Origin: an uncultured virus (IMG/VR IMGVR_UViG_3300014962_000005)
Lineage: Duplodnaviria > Heunggongvirae > Uroviricota > Caudoviricetes
Reading direction: 5' to 3' (one strand)
Length of the DNA stretch: 20,000 nucleotides
Virus record (IMG/VR): IMGVR_UViG_3300014962_000005
Shown: piece after piece, positions 1-7,760 of the stretch
How positions within the stretch are numbered: the first letter of the stretch is position 1
Layout of the letters: every line of letters starts with the position of its first letter
Program-made: the position numbers and the translations under genes
The notes under the pieces: generated by a model
The model's database searches: none
Seen by the model: only the letters and a program-made list of their open reading frames with translations
What the model was told of the DNA's origin: nothing

Positions 1-56
1 AGCCAGTGCTTCCACAGGCGATCAGCGCGAACTTGTTTGCGGGTGCGTCGGGTCAC
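1..56 (-). CDS. Partial hypothetical protein (5' end; runs off the window)
   Basis: GTG at 54-56 overlaps the TGA of the upstream gene (GTGA); reads MTRRTRKQVRADRLWKHW and stays open to the window edge. Confidence 0.5.
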   Translation of the reverse strand, partial: MTRRTRKQVRADRLWKHW

Positions 57-406
57 GTCTCGGATAGGTAAGTATCTGGTTTCAGTTCGACCACTTCAAA
101 CTCAGAAGCATCACACATGCACGATCCATGTTTCTTATGATAGGCTTGGATGTCGAGGAGGGCGTTGTTGGCGCACGAGGAGCCGTCGTTGTAGAAAAAG
201 TCAACATCCTCGCTACCCCAATCGGCAGGTACGCTTACCTCATAGGTTGTAGTCATGCGGATCACGACGGTCCTTCTGACTAGCACGCAGGAGGCTTTGT
301 GAAAGCTGCCGAAAGGTTGCTGGCAGTAGCAACAGGCCCCTTTTCTACCACCTGGGCGCTCTGCGTCAGGGGTAACGGTAAAGGTTGATAGTTCGTCGGT
401 GTTCAT
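53..406 (-). CDS. Hypothetical Cys/His-rich phage protein (117 aa)
   Basis: ORF track; CCYC..H...C and CMC motifs; stop-start overlaps at both ends. Confidence 0.75.
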   Translation of the reverse strand: MNTDELSTFTVTPDAERPGGRKGACCYCQQPFGSFHKASCVLVRRTVVIRMTTTYEVSVPADWGSEDVDFFYNDGSSCANNALLDIQAYHKKHGSCMCDASEFEVVELKPDTYLSET

Positions 407-666
407 GGCAATTCTTTGAGCATCTTGAAACAGTGGTGCAGGAGCAGCGCCCCGTCCTCTAACTTCTCGTCATCGGTCAACCCCTCAAGGTGCCGATCCA
501 CGGCGAGCAGCAGGTCGGGGTACTCCTTGGGCACTTGGTAGCAGATGGCTTCCAGTTGCTCGGCCGCGCCGGGGGACCAGACGGGAACTGGCTGGCCGTT
601 GAACATCTCAAAGGTCAACAGTTTGCCTGCCGTTATGGCGTCAATCAGGCGGTCGCCTTTGGTCAT
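403..666 (-). CDS. Hypothetical protein (87 aa, MTKGDRLIDAI...)
   Basis: 3' part of ORF 403..846; ATG at 664-666 overlaps the TGA of the upstream small gene, so the longer start is unlikely. Confidence 0.7.
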   Translation of the reverse strand: MTKGDRLIDAITAGKLLTFEMFNGQPVPVWSPGAAEQLEAICYQVPKEYPDLLLAVDRHLEGLTDDEKLEDGALLLHHCFKMLKELP

Positions 667-803
667 TCCCATGGCGCGGTGGCCCATTTGGCGGGTCTTG
701 GTGGGTTTGGATTTCGCTTCGGGCTGGTGGCGATAGCACCGATGATGGTACCTAGGCCGTGGCCAATGACCGCAGCGAAGAAGATGAGTGATGCTGGGTC
801 CAT
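663..803 (-). CDS. Small membrane protein (46 aa)
   Basis: Hand translation MDPASLIFFAAVIGHGLGTIIGAIATSPKRNPNPPRPAKWATAPWE*; hydrophobic N-terminus; ATGA overlap with the next gene. Confidence 0.65.
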   Translation of the reverse strand: MDPASLIFFAAVIGHGLGTIIGAIATSPKRNPNPPRPAKWATAPWE

Positions 804-808
804 AGTCT

Positions 809-1028
809 TCAAAACATCCCCCGGAACAGGTCATCGAAGCGGCCACCGGGAACCCTAGACTTCAGCGAAGCCATCGCCGCCCCAACACTCTTGCCCTGCT
901 CATAAGCCTGCTCCCATGTCTGGTCGAACAGCTTGCGCAGGCCGGCCGCAGACATGGTCACTTGACCGTCGCCAGCGAAGGCGGGGGTTCTTGTCGGTGT
1001 AGATTTTCCAGAGTTCGGATTTGGTCAT
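809..1028 (-). pseudogene. Small hypothetical gene with an apparent 1-nt frameshift (or sequencing error) in a C5 run
   Basis: ATG at 1026-1028 overlaps the helicase stop. MTKSELWKIYTDKNP continues as AFAGDGQVTMSAAGLRKLFDQTWEQAY...FRGMF* (stop 809-811) if one C of the run at 983-987 is removed. Confidence 0.55.
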
Positions 1029-2407
1029 AGTCGTGTGCGTTGTGCAGCAGCCTTCTCCAGCAATTTCAAGCTGTCAAGCAGGCTTCGCTCCGTTTCCTTC
1101 TTCTCCCGCAGCGCCTCTGCCACCACGTCATCCACGGTGCCGGGCGCGATGAGCCTATACACCACAGTGGCGTTCTCCTGCCCTCGCCTCGCCAAGCGTG
1201 CCACCATCTGCTCGTAGTTCTCGCGGCTGAAGGTCAGCGTCATCCAGACGAGCGTGTTGCCCCCATGCTGGAGGTTCAGGCCATGGCCGACGCTGGCGGG
1301 ATGGGCGACGAGCATGGGCACCTTGCCGGCGTTCCACGCTGCGAGGAGGGCCTGCTGCTCTGCCGCACTCTTGGCGTCGGCGAAGAACTTGGCCTTGGGG
1401 AACCGAGCGCGGAGCCGGTCTTGCTCGCTCTGGAAGTTGACGGCGACGAGCACGGGGCCGTCGGTCTTTTTCACAATCTTCTCCAGCGCGTCCAGCTTGG
1501 CGTCGTGCAGATGCACCGTGCTCTTGTCCTCCATGTAGAGCGCACCCGAGGTGAACTGCTGGAGCTTGCCGAGTAGCACGGCGGCGTTAGCGGCGGTCAC
1601 GGTCTGGCCTTCGATCTCGATGAGGAGGTCACGCTCGAACTGGCGGTAGGAGGCGGGGTCTGGTAGAGTCACCTCCACGTCCTCAACGTGAACATCGGGA
1701 ATGTCGAGCCAGTCCTCGCTGGACAAAGTGACAGTCAGATGGGCGATTGCTTTGTTGATGGCGTCCTTGGCCCATGGCTTCGGCGTCCACGACCAGCCCA
1801 TCCAGTCCGAATCGAAATAGGTCTGCTGGAACCGTGTGAAGGCGGTGCCGAGCGCGGCACCATCGTCCAGCAGGCGGATCTGGGCGAACAGGTCCATGAG
1901 GCTATTGGGTGCTGGTGTGCCGGTGAGACCCCAGCGTCTCGGTGCCCGTGGGAGCTTGCGGAATGCGTTGATGCGCTTGGACGAGTGAGACTTCGCCTTG
2001 GTGGTCTCGNNNNNNNNNNCGTCCCACACCTCCACGTCGTAGGGAAGCTTGCCCTTCCGCTTCTTCAGCAGCTCGCCGACGATGTGCAGGGACTCGTAGT
2101 TGATGAGGTAGAGTTGAGCCGTGCCGGCGATGAACGCCTGCTTCCCCTCCTCGGTGCGCAGGTTGGCCACCCGCATCCACCTGAACTGCTCCCACTTCTC
2201 CACTTCGTTCGGCCAGGTGAGGTTGATAGGCCGGAGCGGAGCAACGACCAGTGCGGCTCTCACAGCGAGGTCGTGAAGCAGTTCGTTGAGGGCGTAGAGG
2301 CTGGTCGCCGTCTTGCCGATGCCCATGCCGACGAACCCAGCGGTGACTGGGTTGTTGAGGAAATGGTCAGCGAGGATGCGCTGTGGCTCGGAGGGGGAGA
2401 AGCGCAT
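1025..2407 (-). CDS. SNF2-family (SF2) DNA helicase/ATPase, phage type
   Basis: Walker A GMGIGKT; Walker B VWD-E across the N gap; motif III LTGTP; HPASVGHGLNLQ and QMVARLARRGQ (motifs V/VI). Confidence 0.93.
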   Translation of the reverse strand: MRFSPSEPQRILADHFLNNPVTAGFVGMGIGKTATSLYALNELLHDLAVRAALVVAPLRPINLTWPNEVEKWEQFRWMRVANLRTEEGKQAFIAGTAQLYLINYESLHIVGELLKKRKGKLPYDVEVWDXXXXETTKAKSHSSKRINAFRKLPRAPRRWGLTGTPAPNSLMDLFAQIRLLDDGAALGTAFTRFQQTYFDSDWMGWSWTPKPWAKDAINKAIAHLTVTLSSEDWLDIPDVHVEDVEVTLPDPASYRQFERDLLIEIEGQTVTAANAAVLLGKLQQFTSGALYMEDKSTVHLHDAKLDALEKIVKKTDGPVLVAVNFQSEQDRLRARFPKAKFFADAKSAAEQQALLAAWNAGKVPMLVAHPASVGHGLNLQHGGNTLVWMTLTFSRENYEQMVARLARRGQENATVVYRLIAPGTVDDVVAEALREKKETERSLLDSLKLLEKAAAQRTRL

Positions 2408-2410
2408 GGC

Positions 2411-2761
2411 TCACTTCCACTGCCGCAGATGGCACATGGCACCGATGAGGCCGTAGTTGGCGAGGTCGAGCCAGGAGTCAAGCACGGACTCGTTCTTGGG
2501 GGCCTCTGGCTGCTCCTCGGGATCGTCAGTCAGCTCCATCGGCTTGCGGTTCTTGAGCAGGTTGGCGAGGCGGGCGGTCTTGTCGTCGCATCGCACCAGC
2601 ACACCAAACTCACCGTGGCGGGCGATGTTCTGTGAACCGTAGTCCTGCTGTTTGCGGTCCAGCAGTTGCACGTTCTCAAGAGCGAGCTTGAGGGCCTTGC
2701 GGCCGATTTCAGTTTTGATGCCGAGTTCGGCAGCAAGGTTTGAGGTGTAGTCGTGGTCCAT
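2411..2761 (-). CDS. DUF1599 / nucleotide-modification-associated domain 1 (Nmad1)-like all-alpha protein
   Basis: KQQDYG, VRCDDKTARL and NESVLDSWLDLANY motifs match this family by eye. Confidence 0.8.
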   Translation of the reverse strand: MDHDYTSNLAAELGIKTEIGRKALKLALENVQLLDRKQQDYGSQNIARHGEFGVLVRCDDKTARLANLLKNRKPMELTDDPEEQPEAPKNESVLDSWLDLANYGLIGAMCHLRQWK

Positions 2762-2768
2762 GATGGGA

Positions 2769-3107
2769 TTAGGGTATAGCGTTCTGCCAGAAGCTGATCA
2801 TGCGTAGCCCGCGCCACTCGGCAAGGGCTTGTTCAGCGCGTGCGCCTTTGCTCTTCTGCCAGTCCTTCAGGAGGAAGATGGCATCGGCGCTCAGGACCGC
2901 CTCGATGTCGGCCCGCATGGCTTTGTCCATGTACTCGGGCGTAGGCTCGATGCCGGCGTGCTCGTCGAAGCCGAGCTGGCGGGAGATGGTTGCTGGGTTC
3001 AGGACTTCCCAGCCGAGTGCGCGAAGGTGGCTTTCAGCCTCGTCGAAGGCTGGAAAGTTCCAGAGTGGGTAGCCCGTCATGGGGCCGGCGATGTAGATGC
3101 GTGGCAT
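2769..3107 (-). CDS. DUF4406 family (nucleoside 2-deoxyribosyltransferase-like)
   Basis: IYIAGPMTG..NFPAF, VLNPA, DAIFLLKDWQKSKGARAE. Confidence 0.88.
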   Translation of the reverse strand: MPRIYIAGPMTGYPLWNFPAFDEAESHLRALGWEVLNPATISRQLGFDEHAGIEPTPEYMDKAMRADIEAVLSADAIFLLKDWQKSKGARAEQALAEWRGLRMISFWQNAIP

Positions 3108-3134
3108 GTGTTGTATAATCTGTAAATAATCGTT

Positions 3135-3428
3135 TTACCACTTTTCACGAGCGGCCCAGTAGCTGCCGCTCATCTTGCCCTTCTCGATGTTCTTTCGGTG
3201 GCGGGCGAAGAACGAGGCCCGGCGCTTCTTGTCGGCCTCGCTCTCTCCCTTGCGGGGCGGAGAGCCGGAGACGTTCTGTTGCCCAAAACGAATCAACTTT
3301 ACTTGGTCCCCGTCTTTCGCCAGAACCACATGGCTCTTCGTCGGATGGCTCGGCGTGCGCTTGGGTTGGTTCACGCCGGAGAGGCCGTGCTCCTTCAAAA
3401 GCTGCTTGATGCGTTCTGGCGTGGGCAT
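3135..3428 (-). CDS. Small basic conserved phage protein (DUF5754/DUF6321-like)
   Basis: KRTPSHPTKSHVVLAK, LIRFGQ, RASFFARH, SGSYWAAREKW pattern; family name recalled, not searched. Confidence 0.7.
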   Translation of the reverse strand: MPTPERIKQLLKEHGLSGVNQPKRTPSHPTKSHVVLAKDGDQVKLIRFGQQNVSGSPPRKGESEADKKRRASFFARHRKNIEKGKMSGSYWAAREKW

Positions 3429-3437
3429 GAGGGGATT

Positions 3438-3722
3438 TTAGGTGCGCTCAGCTAGTTCGTCAACCAGTCTCCGACCCTCCTCCACCGAGGCGCACCACTC
3501 GGCGAAGCAGCCCTGCACGCGCAGGGTGTTCAGCTCGTGCATCTGGAGTGGCGTCGGGCGCTTGCCCGGTGCTTTGAACTCGATGTAGCCTGTCACGCCG
3601 TTGGGGCTGATGAAGATGCGGTCTGGCACGGCCCTGTGCGCGGGGGACGTGAACTTGTACACCAGGAAGCCGAGTGACTTGGCGTAGGTGCAGACGTTGC
3701 GTTCGATGGTGGACTCGCGCAT
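3438..3722 (-). CDS. VRR-NUC domain nuclease (probable Holliday junction resolvase)
   Basis: MRESTIE, KFTSP...VPDR, IEFKAPG..PTPLQ (PD-(D/E)XK); alternative GTG start at 3731. Confidence 0.9.
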   Translation of the reverse strand: MRESTIERNVCTYAKSLGFLVYKFTSPAHRAVPDRIFISPNGVTGYIEFKAPGKRPTPLQMHELNTLRVQGCFAEWCASVEEGRRLVDELAERT

Positions 3723-3727
3723 AGGGG

Positions 3728-5722
3728 TCACTTTCTGTAGTATGGGATCACACTACCTTTGGCTTCAAGTGGGAGGCCGTCGGCCCACTCTGGCAGAGTC
3801 GTCAGTAGATTGCAAAAGGTTTCAATGTTCTGCCCATTATACAGGTATCCGAGAGCTTCGTCATGGACTAATGCATTGATCTCGTATGCGGCCCGCTGGC
3901 ATTGAACAAGGCCATTAGCCATGATGTCAACAGATGATCCCTGAGTAATGGACTGAGCAATATCCGCGCCGTAGGTATGGACTCGGCCCCATGCCTGCTT
4001 CCCCCGGAACTGGCCGAAGAATGTAATGGCCTCAGTCGGCTCTCCCCAGCTCGCCATTACACTCTCTACCTTGGGTTCCGGGTACGCTAGGCAGCGGCCA
4101 CTCGGGAGCCTCACGAAGAGGTAGTTGAGACCTGCTGTGCGGGCGCAGAAAAACTGCGCCTTGCCGTTGACTCCGTATTTTTGACCTGGGTTAGTGATAG
4201 CTGACCGAGCAGCAAACTCACACTTGCTCCAGAAGGCTTTGATGTTTGGGTTAGCCGCCCTCCATTTGTCGATAAGGTCTTGCATCGCCTCTTTCGGCAG
4301 CCCGAGCTTATCGGCACCCATCTTCATAAGCGCCCCGATTGACCCACCAAATCCACATGACAACTCGACCAATTTACCTTTCTGCCGAAGATCCTCGTCA
4401 ACCTTGTCAATCGCGATGCCGAGCATCTGGGCAATGGACGCCTCATAGATCATGCCGTGGGTCTTGAAGACCTCGATTCGCCACTGCTCTCCAGCAAGCC
4501 ATGCCAGCACTCGGGCCTCGATGGCGGAGTAGTCGGCATTGAGCATTGGCTTGCCATCGTCAACAAAGTTTCGGATGCAGGAGGCCACGCACTCGATAGG
4601 GTTGCCATAGAGAAGCCCGAGTTCATCTGCACCTGCGCCGCGCTTGATGTCGGCGTAGATGGCGTCGGTGAATTTCTTCAACGCCTTTTTCGGCTTCTTG
4701 GCGTTCTGCACCTGGGGGCCTGAGCTGGACCAGCGCCCGGTGCGGATCGCGCCGTAGAACATGAGAATGCCGCGCACCTTATTGTCATGTGGCCCGGCAT
4801 ACGCCTCGAAAGCGTCGAGCTTCTTGGTGGCAGCAAAGCTCACGCGCCTGCGCAATTCCAGCGCCCGGCCGGCGTCACCATTGGCCTCAAGCTCGTCGGA
4901 GTCCAGCAACTCGTCAATCGTCTCGGCCCGCAGGTCAGGCACGTCCACACCCCGCTGCGCCAGCCACTCGCGAAACGCGATGACTTGGGTGGGGTCGAGG
5001 CCGGTCAGTGCCTTGAACTCGGTCACGGCCTCGGTGCTGGCCTCCTCCACGATCTTCTTGGCGTTTCGCACGGCTTCGAGGTTGATGGGGATGCCGCGCT
5101 GGTTCATCAGCAAGTCGGCTTGGAAGACCTCCAGTTGGAAGCCGGTCAGTTCAAACGCCTTGAGCTTCTGGTGAATCTCCTGCTCGACACGGACATCCTG
5201 GACGCAGTACTCGCAAAAGCTCTTGAACGCCTCGGGGTCGTCCTTGGGCTTGATGCGTCGTCCGTCCTTCTGGGGCATCGAGAACTTGCGAATCAGCGCC
5301 GAGCCTTTCGAGTCCTTCTGTTGCGCGAGTCCCAGTTTGGCCGCGACTTTTGCGAGCGAGTGTGGCAGCGCAGCCTTGCGGGCCATCGCGGCGGTGCAGC
5401 GCCAACGATGGACTGCGATCTTGGGGAGGCCGGTGGCCTTCTCCCAGAGCGCCTCAGTGATGGGAAATTCGAACTGGATGTTGTGGGCGTAGACTGGCTC
5501 ATCGGACTGAGTGATGCGCTTCAGCATCGCATCCGCAGGAGAGGGGTCGTAGTCGGCGGGGCGATGGTTTGCTGGCAACCATAGCACGGGTTCGTCGCTG
5601 CCGTGGGCGATGGCCATGCAGAGGATCTCTGTAGTATCCGTGAAGGCATACCTCCATGACCCGACGTTAACCAAGTCGGCGGTGCTGTAGGTTTCAAAAT
5701 CAACGTGAAATGGTATACTCAT
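3728..5722 (-). CDS. polA: Family A DNA polymerase with N-terminal 3'-5' exonuclease (APSE-like phage type)
   Basis: ExoI VDFET, AHNIQFE, YCVQDV; TGRWSS; motif A DYSAIEAR; motif B RQKGKLVELSCGFG; motif C VHDE. Confidence 0.95.
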   Translation of the reverse strand: MSIPFHVDFETYSTADLVNVGSWRYAFTDTTEILCMAIAHGSDEPVLWLPANHRPADYDPSPADAMLKRITQSDEPVYAHNIQFEFPITEALWEKATGLPKIAVHRWRCTAAMARKAALPHSLAKVAAKLGLAQQKDSKGSALIRKFSMPQKDGRRIKPKDDPEAFKSFCEYCVQDVRVEQEIHQKLKAFELTGFQLEVFQADLLMNQRGIPINLEAVRNAKKIVEEASTEAVTEFKALTGLDPTQVIAFREWLAQRGVDVPDLRAETIDELLDSDELEANGDAGRALELRRRVSFAATKKLDAFEAYAGPHDNKVRGILMFYGAIRTGRWSSSGPQVQNAKKPKKALKKFTDAIYADIKRGAGADELGLLYGNPIECVASCIRNFVDDGKPMLNADYSAIEARVLAWLAGEQWRIEVFKTHGMIYEASIAQMLGIAIDKVDEDLRQKGKLVELSCGFGGSIGALMKMGADKLGLPKEAMQDLIDKWRAANPNIKAFWSKCEFAARSAITNPGQKYGVNGKAQFFCARTAGLNYLFVRLPSGRCLAYPEPKVESVMASWGEPTEAITFFGQFRGKQAWGRVHTYGADIAQSITQGSSVDIMANGLVQCQRAAYEINALVHDEALGYLYNGQNIETFCNLLTTLPEWADGLPLEAKGSVIPYYRK

Positions 5723-6345
5723 GGACTATGTCTGCGGGTGCTAGGTGTAAAAATTGCGGCTTCATTACTCCAGCCTTTGGAAAGCCTTCTGGCGATAGTT
5801 GAGTAGTTTACTGGAGATTCCTCCGCCCACGAGGCTAAAGATTTTGTCTCCCCGAGAGCGTATAACAGTCTTGAGGACCTTCGATTCCTAGCTTGGTCTT
5901 TTGGTGTAGCCCACCTGCAATTTTCTGGAGAATAATCTCCATCGTTATCAATCCGGTCTATGCTGTGTAAAGGAGATGGCCGAGGCCCCATATCCTCTAG
6001 AAAGGCTTCAAATGAGGCCCACCTCTCACAAACTCGTATGCCTCTGCCACCGTACCATTCGTAGCTTGTTGACCCAGGTGATTCGCACCTAGCGCGCATC
6101 CCACACCAAGTACTGAACATATCTCTGGGCAACCGGCCATGGGTCCGAAGACTACTACGAACCCAATCTTTTCTGCGCTCAGTCATGCAGTCTACGCAAG
6201 AGCTTGAAGGCTTGGCTTCGCTCATTAAGAGATAGCGTTCTTGACCGCAGTCGCAGCGAAATCTGACAAGAGTTCGGTTTGGGTATTTAGGGTGCGGCAC
6301 TCCGGCCCCGATCACCGTCAACTTCCCGAACCTTGCTCCGATCAT
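5719..6345 (-). CDS. Free-standing HNH-type (homing) endonuclease
   Basis: GARFGKLTV..CDCG N-terminus; WCGMRARC..YGGRGIRVCERW; SIDRIDNDGDYSPENCRWAT..QARN; C-terminal ETKSLASWAE helical domain. Start chosen at ATG 6345, downstream of GGAGG. Hand count gave about 43-45% GC in two 60-nt lines. Confidence 0.85.
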   Translation of the reverse strand: MIGARFGKLTVIGAGVPHPKYPNRTLVRFRCDCGQERYLLMSEAKPSSSCVDCMTERRKDWVRSSLRTHGRLPRDMFSTWCGMRARCESPGSTSYEWYGGRGIRVCERWASFEAFLEDMGPRPSPLHSIDRIDNDGDYSPENCRWATPKDQARNRRSSRLLYALGETKSLASWAEESPVNYSTIARRLSKGWSNEAAIFTPSTRRHSP

Positions 6346-6481
6346 GCTTCCGTCCCTCCAGTTTCTTCGGGCGGCCACCTTTTTTCCCGTTGGTCCTAGA
6401 GGCTTCTCTCTTGGCTTCGGATTTTGACTGGCCTCCGAGCTTTCCAAGGGCGACTGCGTGTGGGTTTTTGTCTTCATGCAT
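6287..6481 (-). CDS. Small basic KGG-type protein, possible DNA-binding regulator
   Basis: KNPHAVALGKLGG..SEAKREASRTNGKKGGRPKK, a recurrent small phage protein pattern; lies directly behind a promoter. Confidence 0.7.
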   Translation of the reverse strand: MHEDKNPHAVALGKLGGQSKSEAKREASRTNGKKGGRPKKLEGRKHDRSKVREVDGDRGRSAAP

Positions 6482-6485
6482 AGTA

Positions 6486-6514
6486 GCTATATCCTATTCG
6501 GTTGGGTTTGTCAA
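6486..6514 (-). promoter_or_regulatory. Sigma70-type promoter
   Basis: TTGACA (6514-6509), 17-nt spacer, TATAGC (6491-6486); ATG only 4 nt downstream. Confidence 0.7.
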
Positions 6515-6723
6515 TCGTAAATGCTCAATCCGTTGCCTGCCAGAAGCTCGTGCAACATGCGACGGGCCTCGTCGTAGTCGCTCACGTCGCCTTCACCGTG
6601 CTTCACTTTGCCACGGAGCCACTCGTCCATGTCGCTCACGGCAGACCTCCACTTGCCACCGTCCACGGCAACTTGGAGAAGCTCTTGTTCTTCAGGGAGT
6701 TGGAATGTCAGTGTGGCAGTCAT
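6511..6723 (-). CDS. Hypothetical phage protein (70 aa)
   Basis: MTATLTFQLPEEQ..LRGKVKH pattern; ATGA overlap. Confidence 0.8.
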   Translation of the reverse strand: MTATLTFQLPEEQELLQVAVDGGKWRSAVSDMDEWLRGKVKHGEGDVSDYDEARRMLHELLAGNGLSIYD

Positions 6724-6935
6724 GGCCGGATAGGAGTCGTCGGGTCATATCCAATGTCTCGGACCATCGACGTAGGTAGATGTTCGTACATCTTGGCGAC
6801 GTGATTGGGGCTACACCCCTCCATCAGAAACTCACCGCACAGGCACTCAATGTCCGGTGTGCCGTCGTCCCGAAGTGGTGGGTTGGGATAGTTGCCGAGG
6901 AAGTATTTGACGGCTTTGGCTTGGGAGTCGGTCAT
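6720..6935 (-). CDS. Hypothetical protein (71 aa, MTDSQAKAVKYF...)
   Basis: 3' part of ORF 6720..7040; ATG at 6933-6935 overlaps the upstream TGA. Confidence 0.65.
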   Translation of the reverse strand: MTDSQAKAVKYFLGNYPNPPLRDDGTPDIECLCGEFLMEGCSPNHVAKMYEHLPTSMVRDIGYDPTTPIRP

Positions 6936-7066
6936 GGTTTGACTTTGGTAATGCGAGTGTTCTTGCCGGTCTTTTCGCAGAATGACTTGCGCCATTGCTT
7001 CGTCCCTTCGCGCTCGACGATCTTGCCGCAGTGCTTGCAACGGTAGAGGCTGGTGACGGGTTTCAT
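6932..7066 (-). CDS. Small Cys-containing protein, possible zinc ribbon (44 aa)
   Basis: MKPVTSLYRCKHCGKIVER..SFCEKTGK; ATGA overlaps at both ends. Confidence 0.65.
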   Translation of the reverse strand: MKPVTSLYRCKHCGKIVEREGTKQWRKSFCEKTGKNTRITKVKP

Positions 7067-7194
7067 GCGGTCCCCTTGTAAATTAGGTATGCGATTGAGA
7101 AGGCATAGACCAGCCACAGGAACAGAAGCTCCGGGTGGCGTTTGTAGAACGCCCATTCTTCTTTCAGGTGCTGCCTGTATTTGATCCAGTTCAC
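7063..7194 (-). CDS. Small membrane protein (43 aa)
   Basis: GTG at 7192-7194 overlaps the upstream TGA; C-terminal LLFLWLVYAFSIAYLIY hydrophobic segment. Confidence 0.6.
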   Translation of the reverse strand: MNWIKYRQHLKEEWAFYKRHPELLFLWLVYAFSIAYLIYKGTA

Positions 7195-7382
7195 GGAACC
7201 TCCTTCCATCGGAACTCCGTCAAGGAGGTTCCATCGATTACGCGCCATTCGGCAAAGCCTCGGTCAACGGCGTCTTGTTGTGTGCTGGTCCTACCGAAGC
7301 TCTCGCCACATAGGTGGCCCAGCAAAAGACCAAAGCCGAGGGCATTCAGGCAAAGGTAAATAGTGGCAATAAATCCGTTCAT
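7191..7382 (-). CDS. Small protein with N-terminal hydrophobic segment (63 aa)
   Basis: ORF track; overlaps with both neighbours. Confidence 0.7.
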   Translation of the reverse strand: MNGFIATIYLCLNALGFGLLLGHLCGESFGRTSTQQDAVDRGFAEWRVIDGTSLTEFRWKEVP

Positions 7383-7693
7383 GTTTTCGGTTTGTGCTTC
7401 TTGATGACCTTCCCAACCTCATGCGCCGCAATCCGGTAGTCGCCAGACATATAGCCGCAGGCAAGTTGCCACGGCGTAATCTGATGCGGTCTGGCACCGT
7501 CTGGCACTCGGCCCTGTTTAGCGTATGCGCGGGCCTCCTTGGCGAAGAACTCGCGCAGGGCTTCAAGGTCGGCGAGGATACAGTCGGGCATTGTATCGTT
7601 GTCGGAAAGTGTAGCCTGCCGCCGCAAGAGTTCGCCGGGTCTCCAGCGATACGTGCCCTCTTGCGCTGTCTCCATGCCTAGCAGCTTACGCAC
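7379..7693 (-). CDS. Hypothetical protein (about 98-104 aa)
   Basis: ORF track; alternative ATG at 7675; ATGA overlap downstream. Confidence 0.65.
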   Translation of the reverse strand: MRKLLGMETAQEGTYRWRPGELLRRQATLSDNDTMPDCILADLEALREFFAKEARAYAKQGRVPDGARPHQITPWQLACGYMSGDYRIAAHEVGKVIKKHKPKT

Positions 7694-7732
7694 ATGGAGT
7701 CGGTCGGCAGAGACACGGCAGGCAAGATGAGT

Positions 7733-7760
7733 GCCGCGCCACCTGTGACAGTGGCGCGGC
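7733..7760 (-). terminator. GC-rich hairpin after the SSB gene (terminator or mRNA-stabilising stem)
   Basis: Perfect 10-bp stem GCCGCGCCAC/GTGGCGCGGC with an 8-nt loop, 9 nt after the stop; no clear U-tract. Confidence 0.55.

Noticed and set aside
2010..2019. N run splitting the helicase Walker B motif (possible insertion or intein)
   Set aside because: Scaffold gap; collapsing the duplicated cg on either side gives an intact VWDETT
1688..2635. Long plus-strand ORFs (also 4787..5584, 7761..8675, 9823..10569, 18183..18839)
   Set aside because: Antisense shadows of GC3-rich minus-strand genes, with no recognisable motifs
3108..3134. TGTATAAT and CTGTAAA on the plus strand as an antisense promoter
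   Set aside because: No matching -35 and no plus-strand gene; an AT-rich spacer explains it
5719..6477. HNH gene as an intron-encoded ORF inside polA
   Set aside because: polA is complete and uninterrupted from its own ATG, with ExoI near the N-terminus; the HNH gene is upstream and free-standing
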